Of a stretch of 64,000 nucleotides of DNA, positions 28,204 to 40,900 are shown piece after piece. How positions within the stretch are numbered: the first letter of the stretch is position 1; the number at the start of each line of letters is the position of its first letter. The stretch covers positions 58,156,001 through 58,220,000 of the forward strand of contig OZ024746.1 of the NCBI GenBank assembly GCA_964016885.1, in the 5' to 3' direction. The notes below the pieces were generated by a model, which ran no database searches, was not told where the DNA came from, and saw only the letters and a list, made by a program, of their open reading frames with translations. The position numbers and the translations under genes are program-made. The DNA comes from Eledone cirrhosa. Lineage: Eukaryota.

Positions 28204-29060
28204 TTTCTTTATTGACCACATAGGGTTCACATTAAGGAAACATTAAAGACGATACAGGATGATACAATGTGGGTTTTCCTTTCTGTAAAATAAAATTTAT
28301 TAAAGAAACTAAGAAAATAAACATTTAAAACAATCATAACAACCCTCACAAAGTTGAGGAGACTCTAAGGGTCACTCGCGTAGAAATTCCACAAAAGCCA
28401 CGGTCAACCTGTCCGCTCGGGAAAAAGACCTCTTTCTACTCCAATTTCTACTCCAAAGAGTCTTTCTACTCCAATCTACAGGCGTATACTCAAGCCAGTC
28501 CCATTCACCAGGACCATGCTTTCCACTCTCACCCATCTTTCAACAAACTGGTTGGAAGGCAGCACTTCCCTTTCCTCCCTAGTTTTCCTCTTCAAGTGAG
28601 ATCTGACAAATTAATCAGGCCTTCGCCAAAGAAAAATATGGCTGTCTTGAACCCTTTCAAACGTGTCCACCACACTACCTCTTTCACCATGTCCACCACG
28701 TAGATAAAAACTGCCTGTCCTTCTCCTGTAGTGGGGGCAATCTTCACAATGGACTCAGTTGTTAGTCGGATCTGTCCTACACCTTCCAACAGGAGATCAA
28801 CATACTCCCACAAGTCAGCAATACACGGACACTCGACGAGTGCGTGAAGAACGGTTTCCTCACCCTGCGCGCACTTCGGAAAAGCCCAATTGACGGCACT
28901 CCCATGCCTGTAGCGTTCATCCCAAACTGACAAAGCTCCTCGGCAGCACTGCCAGCCAGGGATTTCTGAAAGTTGTCCGTGAGCTAATTTATTTTCATCA
29001 ACGCCCAGATTTTCCTCATGATTGTTGTCACACTTTCCCCCAACTAACCCTCTATAGAAC
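28204..29060 (-). mobile_element. Older L1/Tx1-like 3' fragment
   Basis: ORF 28592-28933 (CAQGEETVLHALVECP..VVWWTRLKG) and 3' tail homologous to the 40.7-51.2 kb elements. Confidence 0.85.
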
Positions 29061-29224
29061 GATTGGTCGAAGACTGAGCGCTTGAAGACATTTAAGTCTC
29101 CAAATCCTTCCTCTCGCTCTTCGCTTGTCCCAGATCAGGCCTATGCATGTCTAACTGGCTCGCACGAGATTCCATCTCCTGGGGTTTTTAGTGGATGTTT
29201 TAATGATAGTGCCGCAGTTAAATC

Positions 29225-29338
29225 ATGAAAATGGACATGAAGTAAAGTGCCTTGTTCCAGATCACGACGCCGGGTCCACTGTTCGCACTCATACCATTAA
29301 GATTTAAATCCAATATTCTATCCACTAGGCCACTCGCC
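29225..29338 (-). mobile_element. Degenerate tRNA-derived SINE, family B
   Basis: Minus strand: ggcgagTGGCCTAGTGG..gaacaaggcactttacttca. Confidence 0.5.
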
Positions 29339-30899
29339 TTGATGTTCATATATCATTCAAGCCTATAAAGTCATTAATTTCTATTATGATTTTTTTAAAT
29401 GTTTGTATTCGGTAGTAAATGTTGTTGAGCTTGCGGTGTAATAAGTAAATCGGGTTGAGTGAACTTGTTCAGTATTAAATGTTGAATATTCAAACAAGCT
29501 AAATTTCGTCAAGATTCACTTCGGGGGCTTTAGTGATCGTTAAACTTAATTGCAACAGGAGATGTTGAAACATGAAACTCTGGTCCACAATTATATCTGT
29601 GTAGAGAATATTCACAAAGAATAGTTACTGCCGTTTAATAGTTAAATCATTCCGCTCCGGAATCCCAGTTTGAATGAAATTATCATTGTTTTTGGTTTGC
29701 TTTTATTTTTCTTCTGCCAATGAAGGCATCATTGAGCGATCGTTAATAGCAATACTAATTAGTACGCGAGACAAAGGATGTTCCAACGACGTTGAAACAA
29801 TTAACGCGTTTATTATGGTGTAATGCAGGATTTTCACACACGGCACTCGAGAATATGTAATCCTTTTCACACTTTTTCTATATAAGGTATCGCTTGCAGA
29901 ACATTCTCTCTTATCATGTTCCTCCATTTGATGCAGCTGGAATTCACGTCATTTAGTGCTTAGAATTCTGGATACAAGATCATAAATTATAAGCTCGTTT
30001 CTTGGATCAGACGATGCTATATTGTACAATAGAGCTGTGCGATCCTTTCATTTAAATACACGAGAAGTCTCATATGAAACCTAAACTCATTTGAAGCCAG
30101 CTAAACCTATATTGGCGTGAGCTATAAATTTCATTTCATTATTCAGATTTTCCATGCAACATGAGCAAATGTGTTTCCGACAAACAGCTTCTGTAAGAAT
30201 TTCTTTGATGTTCTTTTCTGGAACATTCATGATGGATATTGTCATTTTTGTCTCGTTTCAGTTAGTTGACTGCCTCCGTACCTTAACTATTGCAGCCTCC
30301 CCTTATTTTGCGCTATGCTCTAATGGCTGTGCCAATTCTTTGCATATTTGTATATATATTTATATATGTAGGGTTGTTAGGTGTGTATGTGTGTATATCT
30401 GTGTATGTGTGTCTGTATGTATGTTTTATATATAAATATATCAACGAAGTGTTGAAATGAAAATGTTTTATAGAAGCGTTTGCCTGAAATGAATAATACA
30501 GGTTATCACATTCTGAAATTATTCTAGAAATAACGAGATGTTCAACTGATGCAATGAATATACGGAGGTATATTCGGAGGGCTTGAGCTAATCCGTTATT
30601 TGATAACAATTGAAGTCAATGCGCTGGTTGTGCTCTCAATCTATAAACCAACTTCGTAAAACAACACAAGAAAATATTTCCATTTTACTAGATCTCTCAG
30701 AGATGCGTATAAAGAAACACAAACACACACAAACACAATCACAAACACACATACACACATACACACACATACATGCACACACACACACCTTTAGGTGAAT
30801 CATTGTGAAATATGTAATAGATAAGGTGTAAGGTTTTCGGAAAGAGAGTACATTGTAGATCGAAATATAAAGGTGGTATATTAAGGATAACAGAGATGA

Positions 30900-31570
30900 A
30901 ACCCATATGTACCACATTTTAAAATAGCGATGCATATAGGTACGAATTTATGCACCACCATTCTGTACTTTCCTATGAGCCGATATAACCTGAGTACCGA
31001 ACAAAATATCTCGGATGACGGAACAGATGCATCAAGAGTAGTGAAAAATGCACCTACTAGAATGAGATCCAAAGTTCTTACCGCGATAGCCTACCCAACT
31101 TTTTTCCTCAAACATTGCGATGGAATTGTGCTACGAAAGAGAACAAGGAAGACACATGACCCTAGAAATGGCAAATGCAATTCTATCAGAGAACCACGGC
31201 TGCTCTCCAAGTTATACTTAGCTTGAACATACAACTGTGGCACTCGGTCCCCTCTCTGTATATACTATTCTCCGAAACTGTTCAACCATCAGCGGGGAAG
31301 GGTGTATGAGAAAGTATGTTGTGTACAGTGCCACATGCCGAAGCTGTAATTATTCATACTTTGGAAGAACTGTTCGAATGATGCAAAAATGTATCTAAGA
31401 ACACATAACATCAAGTACTTCCACTGTCAAAGGTCACCCCAATAAATGCCATAACCGAGATATTGAGCTCCCCATGGAGGTGATGAACAGGAATGTGAGG
31501 AATTTACGAAAGAAGGACCCTATCATTATAAAGAAGCAGAAACGAAAAAACAATATTAGGTTTGAGCTAC
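30900..31570 (+). pseudogene. Degenerate PLE GIY-YIG (Penelope/Poseidon-type pattern), possibly with RT thumb upstream
   Basis: From 31303: CMRKYVVYSATCRSCNYSYFGRTVRMMQKCI*EH..STVKGHPNKCH. Confidence 0.7.
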
Positions 31571-32286
31571 ATAGAGCAGAATGTCTGCTATGACAGCTCT
31601 GTGCAAGTAATATCATTGGGTAAAAATCTTATTTGGGGTTGTTGTTTTTTTGTCATCTTTCTACTCCAGTACAACTTTTAGATATGTATCCGCGTTTGAC
31701 AGGCTGTATACTGATGTAATTCGGGTAATTCTAAAGTTTCTCGAACTCAAATTTGTTCAACATGATTTCATTTTTTGAGAATTTAAACTGTATTGAATAT
31801 CAGTAAAATATTGAAACACACTGTTATATTAGTGAATTCTAAGCTTAGAACGGTGAAAGTTCGGAGCCACATCGGAGAAGTGAATAGGAAAAAAAAACAG
31901 AGCCAGAAATTTGATAGTTGCGTTGTTATTATTAACGCTGCAGTTCTCCGTCTTCAGTTAAACTAATCACATATCACTTGACCAATCTTTCAAAAGCAAT
32001 AATTAAAACACGTCTCAGAGAAATTTTCAATATATATTGCCATTTAAATTTGAGATAATAATTGACGTCAAGGAAACCTTATGAATGCTTAGCAGTGAAT
32101 AATTGTCAGGTTGCGTCAGAGCGCTTTATAGGATGCGAAAAGAGAAAAAAGAAGCACGCGTACGAATATTTACATTATATAGCAATTTAGATTGTCTCTA
32201 TTCATATTAGAGCAGTGAAATTTAGTGAAGGTGTTAGTATGTTATCATCATTACTGTTGTTATTAATATTATTATTATTATTATTG

Positions 32287-32354
<68 letters not shown>

Positions 32355-32361
32355 GTTCTTT

Positions 32362-34168
32362 GAGTCTCAGTCATTGATGTTAGTTAACTGGAAAATTTGT
32401 TGAAATGAATATCAATCCACTACCTGCAGCCTCAGATATTCAGGACCTATCGGAGGGTTCTTGCTGTTCCCAGCAAGCATGCCTTTTGAAGTGTTCCAAA
32501 AAGCGTGGCGGGGCCAATTTTCTTTAACCATCCCTGGAAACTTTTTGAGATAGTACCTAGTGCGCCTGTGGCAATCGGGACCACTTTGACTTCATGGCAG
32601 TTCCAAATCCTTTTTACCTCCCACTTTAAGTCCTGGTATCGGTTAATATTCTCCCTCTCCTTCTCTTGCACTCTCGTGTCGAATGGGCAGGCCACATCCA
32701 CAATCAGGCACGATCTTTTTTCCTTGTCCAAAGCCACCCGGTCAGGTCTATTGTGATCCAGTTTCTTGTCCGTCTGTATCCTAAAATCCCATAACACCTT
32801 CACCTGATCGTTTTCTATCACCGACTCTGGCTTATGCTCATACCACTTCTCAGAATGTGGTGAATTGTTTACTTTGCACACGTACCAGTGGATCACCCTG
32901 CCCATCACACCATGTCTCCAGCCCTTATAGTGAGTCTGGGCAAGGTGCTTACATTCGGATACAATGTGAGGCACAGTCTCCTCTCTCCACAGATCGTGCA
33001 CAGTGGGCTAGCCTTTCTCCTTGTAAATATGGTGTTTCAACCACTTCGTTTTGAGGGCCTGCTCCTCCGCAGCCATTAGCATTCCTTCTGTAGCCTCTTT
33101 TCAACCAGTTCAATGTCTGTGAATCTATGAATTCAGTTTTCTCAAAGAAGGTACTATGAAGGGATTTTTCATGAAGGCTGCTCTTTCTCCTAGTTGTTAT
33201 TTCCTCCTTGGACATCCCTGGTCTATTGTCCTCTCCTTCAGTACAATTCTGAGCATTGGCTCCTTACTATCAGTCACGTATTTGTGTAGCTTGTTTTTCT
33301 CCATCTGAAACAGTCCTCTATGCTGATAAGACCTCTTCCACCTTCAGATCTCCTTAAGTAGAGTCTATCGACATCACTCCTCTTGTGGAACATGTTGTAG
33401 ATAGTCAATAGCATCCTAGTCTTCCTATCCATTTATTTTTGTTCAGCAACATTCCATCTCACAATTCCCGCACTGTACGTAATAATAGACACATCTCGGG
33501 AATGTACTGCACTTATGGCATTCCTACTGTTCAGATGTTAATTTAATACGCTGCTTACTCTCCGGATGTATTCAGATCTTATCAATTCCTTCATTTTTTT
33601 TATTCTTGATGTCATCAGCCTCCAGAACACCCAAATACTTGTATCCTTCTTCAGTGTCAATTTCCTTTATCATCTCACTTGTTGGTACCTGGATTCCGTT
33701 GCTTCTGCTCAATTTACCTCTCTTGATCACAAGGACTCCACACTTACTAATACAAAATTGCATAGATATATCATTGCTGAAAATACGCACAGTGTCAACA
33801 AGCACATCCAACTCGTTCTCACTCTTCCCGAAGAGCTTAAGATCGTCCATGAAGAGGAGGTGATTGATGGTAAGCTCTCCCTTTCCCAACTTGTATCCTG
33901 CTCTCACTTTTCGCAGTATAATGGTCAGGGGCATCCGGACAAAGACAAACAACAGAGGGGACAGACTATCTCCCTGGAAGATACATCTCTTGATCTTCAC
34001 GCCTCCCAAGGAATCTCCAACTGATGTTAACTCTATTTTCCAGGACTTCATACTTTTGCCCAACATCTGTCTGATGTTATCTGCCACCTTGAAGATCTCT
34101 AGGCTTTTAGTGATCCAAGAATGAGGCACCATGTCAAATGCCTTTTTGTAGTCTATTCATCCCATGGC

Positions 34169-34171
<3 letters not shown>
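32362..34171 (-). mobile_element. R4/Dong-like RLE non-LTR retrotransposon, family 1, 5'-truncated and frameshifted
   Basis: RT motifs QGDSLSPLLF and HLLFMDDLKLF; ETVPHIVSEC, RH, RPD..DVACP and GALG REL-endonuclease motifs; bounded by (TTA)n. Confidence 0.9.
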
Positions 34172-34241
<70 letters not shown>

Positions 34242-34525
34242 GAATCTCAGTCATTGATGTTAGTTAACTGGAAAGTTTGTTGAAATGAATATCAAGCCAC
34301 TACCTGCAGCCTCAGATATTCATGACATATCGGAGGGTTCTTGCTGTCCCAGCAAGCATGCCTTTTGAAGTGTTCCAAAAAGCGGGACGGGGCCAATTTT
34401 CTTTAACCAACCCTGGAAACTGTTGAGATAGTACCTAGTGCGCCTATGACAATCGGGACCATATTGACTTCATGGCAGTTTCAAATCCTTTTTACCTCCC
34501 ACTTTAAGTCCTGGTATCGGTTAAT
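34242..34525 (-). mobile_element. Second family 1 copy, 3' 280 bp only
   Basis: Highly similar to 32362-32647; TTA-flanked. Confidence 0.9.
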
Positions 34526-34546
34526 TTTATTTTTATTATTATTATT

Positions 34547-37500
34547 ACAGTTGCATTTATCTTGCTTTATGTTCATACGAGTTATCACCAAGTCACACCC
34601 AGTGACCTCAAGAGACAACAAGGTCCGCCATGTTCAAGAAAGAACATACATACTCACACATGCATCTTTTGTGTTTAGACTTGTGATGTACTTATATTGA
34701 CAGAATCTTCCTTAGTATATGGGCAGTTCCCATTAGTACTATCTTTTGTATTTCTCCTATACGCGGGTTTCCTGGGATTTGCGATAAGTAATCATTACAC
34801 CCCTTAGGTATCATTCCCAGAGCGCCTACAACCACTGGTATTGTTTTAGTTCTCAATTTCCACATTTTTCCAATTTCTATCTCCAGGTCCTTATACTTGC
34901 TCAATTTTTCAAATGTTTTTAGAGATACATTCTTGTCTATTGGAACAGACATATCAATTAGCAGGCATACCCTCTTTTTAAAGTCCTTCAATATTATATC
35001 AAGTATATTTGCATGTATTTTTCGGTCTGTTTGGATGCTAAAGTTCCACAAGATTGAGATGTCATCTTTTTCAAGTATGGGAGGTGGTTGATGCTCCCAC
35101 CAATTCTTTTGATGGGGCAGGTCAAAATGCTTACATATTATCCAATGTATGTATTGTGCAGCTCTGTCATGCCTGTTTAGGTATTCGGTTGGAGCTATAG
35201 GACTGCACATTGAAATTACATGGTCAATGGTCTCTGCTTGTTTTTTGCATACACGGCATAATGGGCTGCATCCATTTTTATTATGTTGGCTTGGTAATTT
35301 TTTGTTGGCAGACACTGATCTTGTGCTGATATAATCAGTCCTTCAGTCTCCGATTTCAGTCCAGAGGATGCCAACCACTGATGGGTTAAAGTTTTGTCAA
35401 CATCAGGATTGTTAGCTCGCTCTGGGTATTTTCCATACAGAGGCTTTTCTTGCCATTTCTTAGCCAGCTTCTGTAGCAGTTCTTTCTTTGCAGTTACTTT
35501 TACCTGCTTTGCTTTTTCTGTGTGTTCCATTTCAGCAGAAAATGGGACTTCTGAAATTTGTAGTCCATTACTGTATCTTTGTGCATCTTTTGTAATGGAA
35601 TATGATCTTTTGATGCTTTGGTGTTTCAAAACGAGTTTGATCATCCAACCTTAGATATGTAGATAATCAAATTGTTACAGTTTTCAACGCAATGTCTAAC
35701 TGGACTAACCCACGTCCTCCTTCTTTCCTAGGGAGATATATTCTATCTATATCTGCCTTAGGGTGATGCATTCTGTGCATGGTTAAGAATTTTCGAATTT
35801 TTGTATCGAGTCTACGGATCTCTGTGCTTGACCAGTTGATGACATTGTAACTGTAGGTTACTACTGGTATGGCAAGCGTGTTTATGGCATCGATCCTATT
35901 CCTTGCATTCAATTCCGTTCTTAAGATTGCTCTTACTCTGCGGTAACATTCCTTCCTTATCCTTTCCCTCATTGTCGAGTGCTTGATTCCGTCTCCTTCA
36001 CAAACACCTAGATATTTGTAAGTGTTTTCTTGATCAAGTTCTCTTATCACGTTCCCCCGATCAAGATTAATGTCTGAACTCTTCAGCAGCTTTCCTCTGG
36101 TGAACGTTACTTTGGCGCATTTATCTAGTCCAAACTCCATTTTAATGTCATCACTGAACTGCTCCACGGTGGATAATAGCCCTTGCAATTGTTCATCATT
36201 TTTTGCAAATAGTTTCAGGTCATCCATGTAGAACAAGTGATTAATGGTTTTGTCATAGACTTTATATCCATGTTTTGTTTCATTGAGCATTTTACTTAAT
36301 GGTATAAGTGCGATGCAGAATAAAAGCGGTGATAAAGAGTCACCCAGAAAAATTCCACAATTAATATTAACTTCTCCAGCTTCCAGTGATTTTGTTTCAC
36401 TATTCAAAAGGAGTGTCGTTTTCCATGTCTTCATACTGAATGACAAAAACCTCCTGACAACGGGGGATATTTTGAAAATCTCTAAACATTTTTCAATCCA
36501 ACTGTGTGGCAAACTATCGAATGCTTTTTTTATAATCTATCCAAGCAATCGATAGATTTTTGTGTCTATGATGACAATCTTCCAGTATCATTTTGTTAAC
36601 CGAAAGCTGATCCTTACAGCCATATGAGCCTCGTTTACACCCTTTCTGCTCAATGGGAAATAGATCATTTGTTATCAGGTGGTCATATGTGTATTCAATT
36701 AGGACTGATGTTAAAATTGTATACATTGTGGTCAAGCAAGTTATCGGTCTGTAATTTTTGGGGTTGTTTGTATCATCATTCTTCGGAAGCAGGAATGTAA
36801 TGCCGTTAACTAGCCATGATGGTATCTTTTCTGGCTCCTTAACTATTTCATTGTAAAGTTGGGCTAACAGCTCATGAGACTCTGTGAAGGCATTTATCCA
36901 AACATTTTGTATTTTGTCTTTTCCTGGGGATTTCCATTTGCTGGTTTTTCTTAGAGCTAAGCGCAACTGTTCAACTGTTATATTTTCCCATATGTGTTCC
37001 TCTAGGTGAGCTGTTTCTTTCATTTGTCTGTCTATCCATGGTGACATGTATGTTATGAACTTTTTCTTCGGCCCAGATTTTTTCCCAGAATTCTTGCACT
37101 TCCTCCTTGGGTGGTATTGATTTAGCAGTTATTGTTGAGTAACCAATTTTTCTGTAGAAGTTTCTTTGGTTGTTTTTGAACATATTATTGTCCTTATAGA
37201 ATCTAGATCGTTTTTCAAAGCGCCTTATACGAGCAGCTTTGGCCGACACTTTTTGCTGTATTATTTCTATCAGCATGTCTATGTCACTTGTTGATTTTAT
37301 ACTGTACTTTCTTTTCAATTTTCTAAGTTTAGTTTGTTTAACATGTTCACCTACTTTATAGTTTGTTAAAATTTCTATGTCAGATCGGAGAAGGTAGATT
37401 TCTTGTGGGAATTCCTTTGTTTTTTCATCTTCACTCCACATAAGTGAGTCGTGACTTTAGCCGATGCATAATAGAGATGATTTAAATCAGTAATGTTTAG

Positions 37501-38470
37501 TTTGTTTGTGATGATAATGTTTTTGAGAATTATGTTAGTCTTGTGTATTATCTTTTGGTTCTGTTTGGAGTTCTGGATCTTAGGGAGGGTGTCTCGTTGC
37601 CCCATGTCAGATTCTTTCATTTTCATCCATTCGATCATAATTTCATCCTTCAAGTTGGCAAGTTCATTCTCATTCATTTCTTTATCATTTACGATCTCAT
37701 TATTTTCATTTGAAGTTTCATCTTGAGCATGCACTCCCTCCACTTTTTCAATTCTTTCTTTAATTTGTTCTGTTGCCAGTGATTCCGCCCCAACCCTGGG
37801 ATTCGAAGTGTTACAATTTACCTCGTTTTCACTGACACATATTTCATTTTCCCTTCGCTGACTTTGTGCTAATAGCTTGATCTGATCAATTTCTATATCA
37901 GTTAGTGACTTTTTTCTTACAATATTTCTTCGTATATTGGCTAGTTTGTTACTGTCAATATAGCCTCTGTTTTCGGGATGTTTCTTTTTCCAGTTGATAT
38001 ATGTCTGTTCTGTATTCGATGTATTTGATGGGTAGTACATGGCAGTGTAGAAAGCCTCAAGGACTTCTTTATTATCTTCCCTTGACCATTTTTCTCTCTT
38101 TTTCTTTGGATTTTTTGGTGGTGAGCATGGAGGACCAACAGTAGGAGTATTCCGGTTATGGGAGGTCTCCAGCTCCGAAGTGATGGGAAGGATTGAACCA
38201 TTAGCTGATTTTTCGACCCCAGTCTGGTTCCTCCCTGAGGGACGCGGCCCTTTTTTACCCGGGTGACGGCCGATCCGGTATGAGATTTTATCATTAGACA
38301 TTTACTTTATTTTGTCGCGTTTTATCCTTATTCGCCAAGGGGTAATCATTTCGTGTTACCACTTCTAGAACGAGTGTCAACCAAGACTAGAGGGGTCGTT
38401 CTCCCCTAGAGACACGGCTATTTCCCGCCGGCCGCCATCCCGGTATTTCTTGATCACGGGGTTTTCTTTT
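34547..38470 (-). mobile_element. Near full-length R4/Dong-like element, family 2, frameshifted
   Basis: ORF pieces from 38301 to 34692: KWKSPGKD, YRPITCL, EQKGC, WIDYKK, FYMDDLKLF, CRVC..H..C, RHD, GALG. Confidence 0.92.
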
Positions 38471-38535
38471 TGTTGTTTTTTTTAAATTGTTATTATAATG
38501 TGAGCATTGCGTGGCTTAAGAATGAAATTATTAAT

Positions 38536-38585
38536 AATTGTCTCCACTCCAGGCACAAGGCCAGCAATCACCCAGTACATTACAA
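38536..38585 (-). mobile_element. SINE family A 3' remnant
   Basis: ggcacaaggccagcaatcacccagtacatta. Confidence 0.6.
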
Positions 38586-39492
38586 TAATATAATATACTT
38601 TTTGATGAAGTTGCCTGTTATTGTTGTTGGCTATGTCGGTGGTGGTGCTGGGGATTTTTTATATTGTTGGTGAGGAAGGGGGGAGCCAGCAGTGCCATAG
38701 TTGTTGACTTTTGGCTGGTGGCCAGGTCACTAAGTCAACCTATTTATATCTTTTGCTAGCCTCTCCCTTGTCTAGTGATACCGCCACCTTCCCTTTTCTT
38801 AAGTTAACAGGGGAATAGTGGTGGTAGCAATGAAGGAGTGGTGGCGGCGGTGATGGGATAGTGGTAGCAATGATGGATGGAGTGGTGGCGGAGGTGGCGT
38901 TGTCGTTACTGAGTTTTGTGATATGTAGTATCTATGAGTTTGTGTCGCGTATTTTTAATATATGTGTTAAATAGACTAGTTTTGTTTGATCTGTAGTATC
39001 TCTGCGTTTGTGTCGCGTATGTTTAATATATATTGTGTTGACATATTCCCGTAAAATTGGAATTAAACATTTTGTTAAAACTTGAGACAATAATAATAGT
39101 AATTATTATTATGATGCTGGGATTGGTGGTGGTGGTGGTGAAATTGCCGTTATCTGGCTGTTATATTTAGTGTGATGGGGTAGGTGGTGTATCAAGTTTC
39201 TGGTGTTGGTGAAATTGCTGTTATTTGGCTGTTCTATATAGTGTAGACAGAGGGTGTTTTCTTCCATTTATAACCATTTTCTTTTTTGAATACAAAATAT
39301 ATAATACAAAATTGAATATTTGAGCGATATAACAATATAATATGGATCCGAAATTTTATGAGACTTGATTCGGTGGTTTATGCATCATTTGTACTAAGAA
39401 TTGTTATTTCACAATTGATTTAAATATGTTAAAAATCAAAAACTTACGGGAGCGATTTCATGACCTTCTACCACCCCGTGCGGCTTCTTCAC

Positions 39493-39530
<38 letters not shown>

Positions 39531-39532
<2 letters not shown>

Positions 39533-40648
39533 AGTTGCATTTATCTTGCTTCATGTTCATACGAGTTATCAGGATTGTTAGCTCGCTCTGGGTATTTTCC
39601 ATACAGAGGCTTTTCTTGCCATTTCTTAGCCAGTTTCTGTAGCAGTTCTTTCTTTGCAGTTACTTTTACCTGCTTTGCTTTTTCTGTGTTTTCCATTTCA
39701 GCAGTAAATGGGACTTCTGAAATCTGTAGTCCATTACTGTATCGTTGTGCATCTTTTGTAATGGAATATGATCTTTTGATGCTTTCGTGTTTCAAAACGA
39801 GTTTGATCATCCAATCATGTGATTCCCTTAGATATGTAGATAATCCAATTGTTACAGTTTTCAACGCAATGTCTAACTGGACTAACCCACGTCCTCCTTC
39901 TTTCCTAGGGAGATATATTCTATCTATATCTGCCTTAGGATGATGCATTCTGTGCATGGTTAAGAATTTTCGAATTTTTGTATCGAGCTTGACAAGTTGA
40001 TGACATTGTAACTGTAGGTTACTACTGGTATGGCAAGCGTGTTTATGGCATCGATCCTATTCCTTGCATTCAATTCCGTTCTTAAAATTGCCCTCACGCT
40101 GCGGTAACATTCCTTCCTTATCCTTTCCCTCATTGTCGAGTGCTTGATTCCGTCTCCTTCACAAACACCTAGATATTTGTAAGTTTTTTTCTTGAACAAG
40201 TTCTCTTATCACGTTCCCCCGATCAAGATTAATGTCTGAACTCTTCAGCAGCTTTCCTCTGGTGAACGTTACTTTGGCGCATTTATCTAGTCCAAACTCC
40301 ATTTTAATGTCATCACTGAACTGCTCCACGGTGGATAATAGCCCTTGCAATTGTTCATCACTTTTTGCAAATAGTTTCAGGTCATCCATGTAGAACAAGT
40401 GATTAATGGTTTTGTCATAGACTTTATATCCATGTTTTGTTTCATTGAGCATTTTACTTAATGGTATAAGTGCGATGCAGAATAAAAGCGGTGATAAAGA
40501 GTCACCCTGAAACATTTCACAATTAATATTAACTTCTCCAGCTTCCAGTGATTTTGTTTCACTATTCAAAAGGAGTGTCGTTTTCCATGTCTTCATACTG
40601 TATGACAAAAACCTCCTGACAACGGGGGATAATTTGAAAATCTCTAAA

Positions 40649-40650
<2 letters not shown>
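39531..40650 (-). mobile_element. Family 2 R4/Dong copy, 5'-truncated and internally deleted
   Basis: Matches 34547-34587 joined to 35406-36489; (TTA)n on both sides. Confidence 0.9.
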
Positions 40651-40685
<35 letters not shown>

Positions 40686-40900
40686 GAATGCCATGGTTGA
40701 CGGAGGCTCGGCTCTGTAAGGTATAGTAATTTTTAACCGTTAAAACAATTGTAAATTGTTTAAAACTTGAACCAAATTGTTGATAAAGACACCCACCTCC
40801 TCGTGAGAGGGGTCTTTCTCTCCGTTATTTGGCCCTTCGGGGTTAAATAACCAGTTATTGGGGTTTTGTACCCAATATTCATTTTAAACAAAAAAACAAC

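Noticed and set aside
29703-30260. Long minus-strand frame resembling a decayed gene
   Set aside because: Several stops and no recognisable motif
38302-38470. HDV-like ribozyme in the R4/Dong 5' UTR
   Set aside because: Hairpins and a GGCGAA motif are present, but I could not assemble P1-P3 with the L3 loop by eye
38815-39245. Short local duplications of 30-45 bp
   Set aside because: Consistent with slippage in low-complexity DNA; no regular repeat-spacer structure
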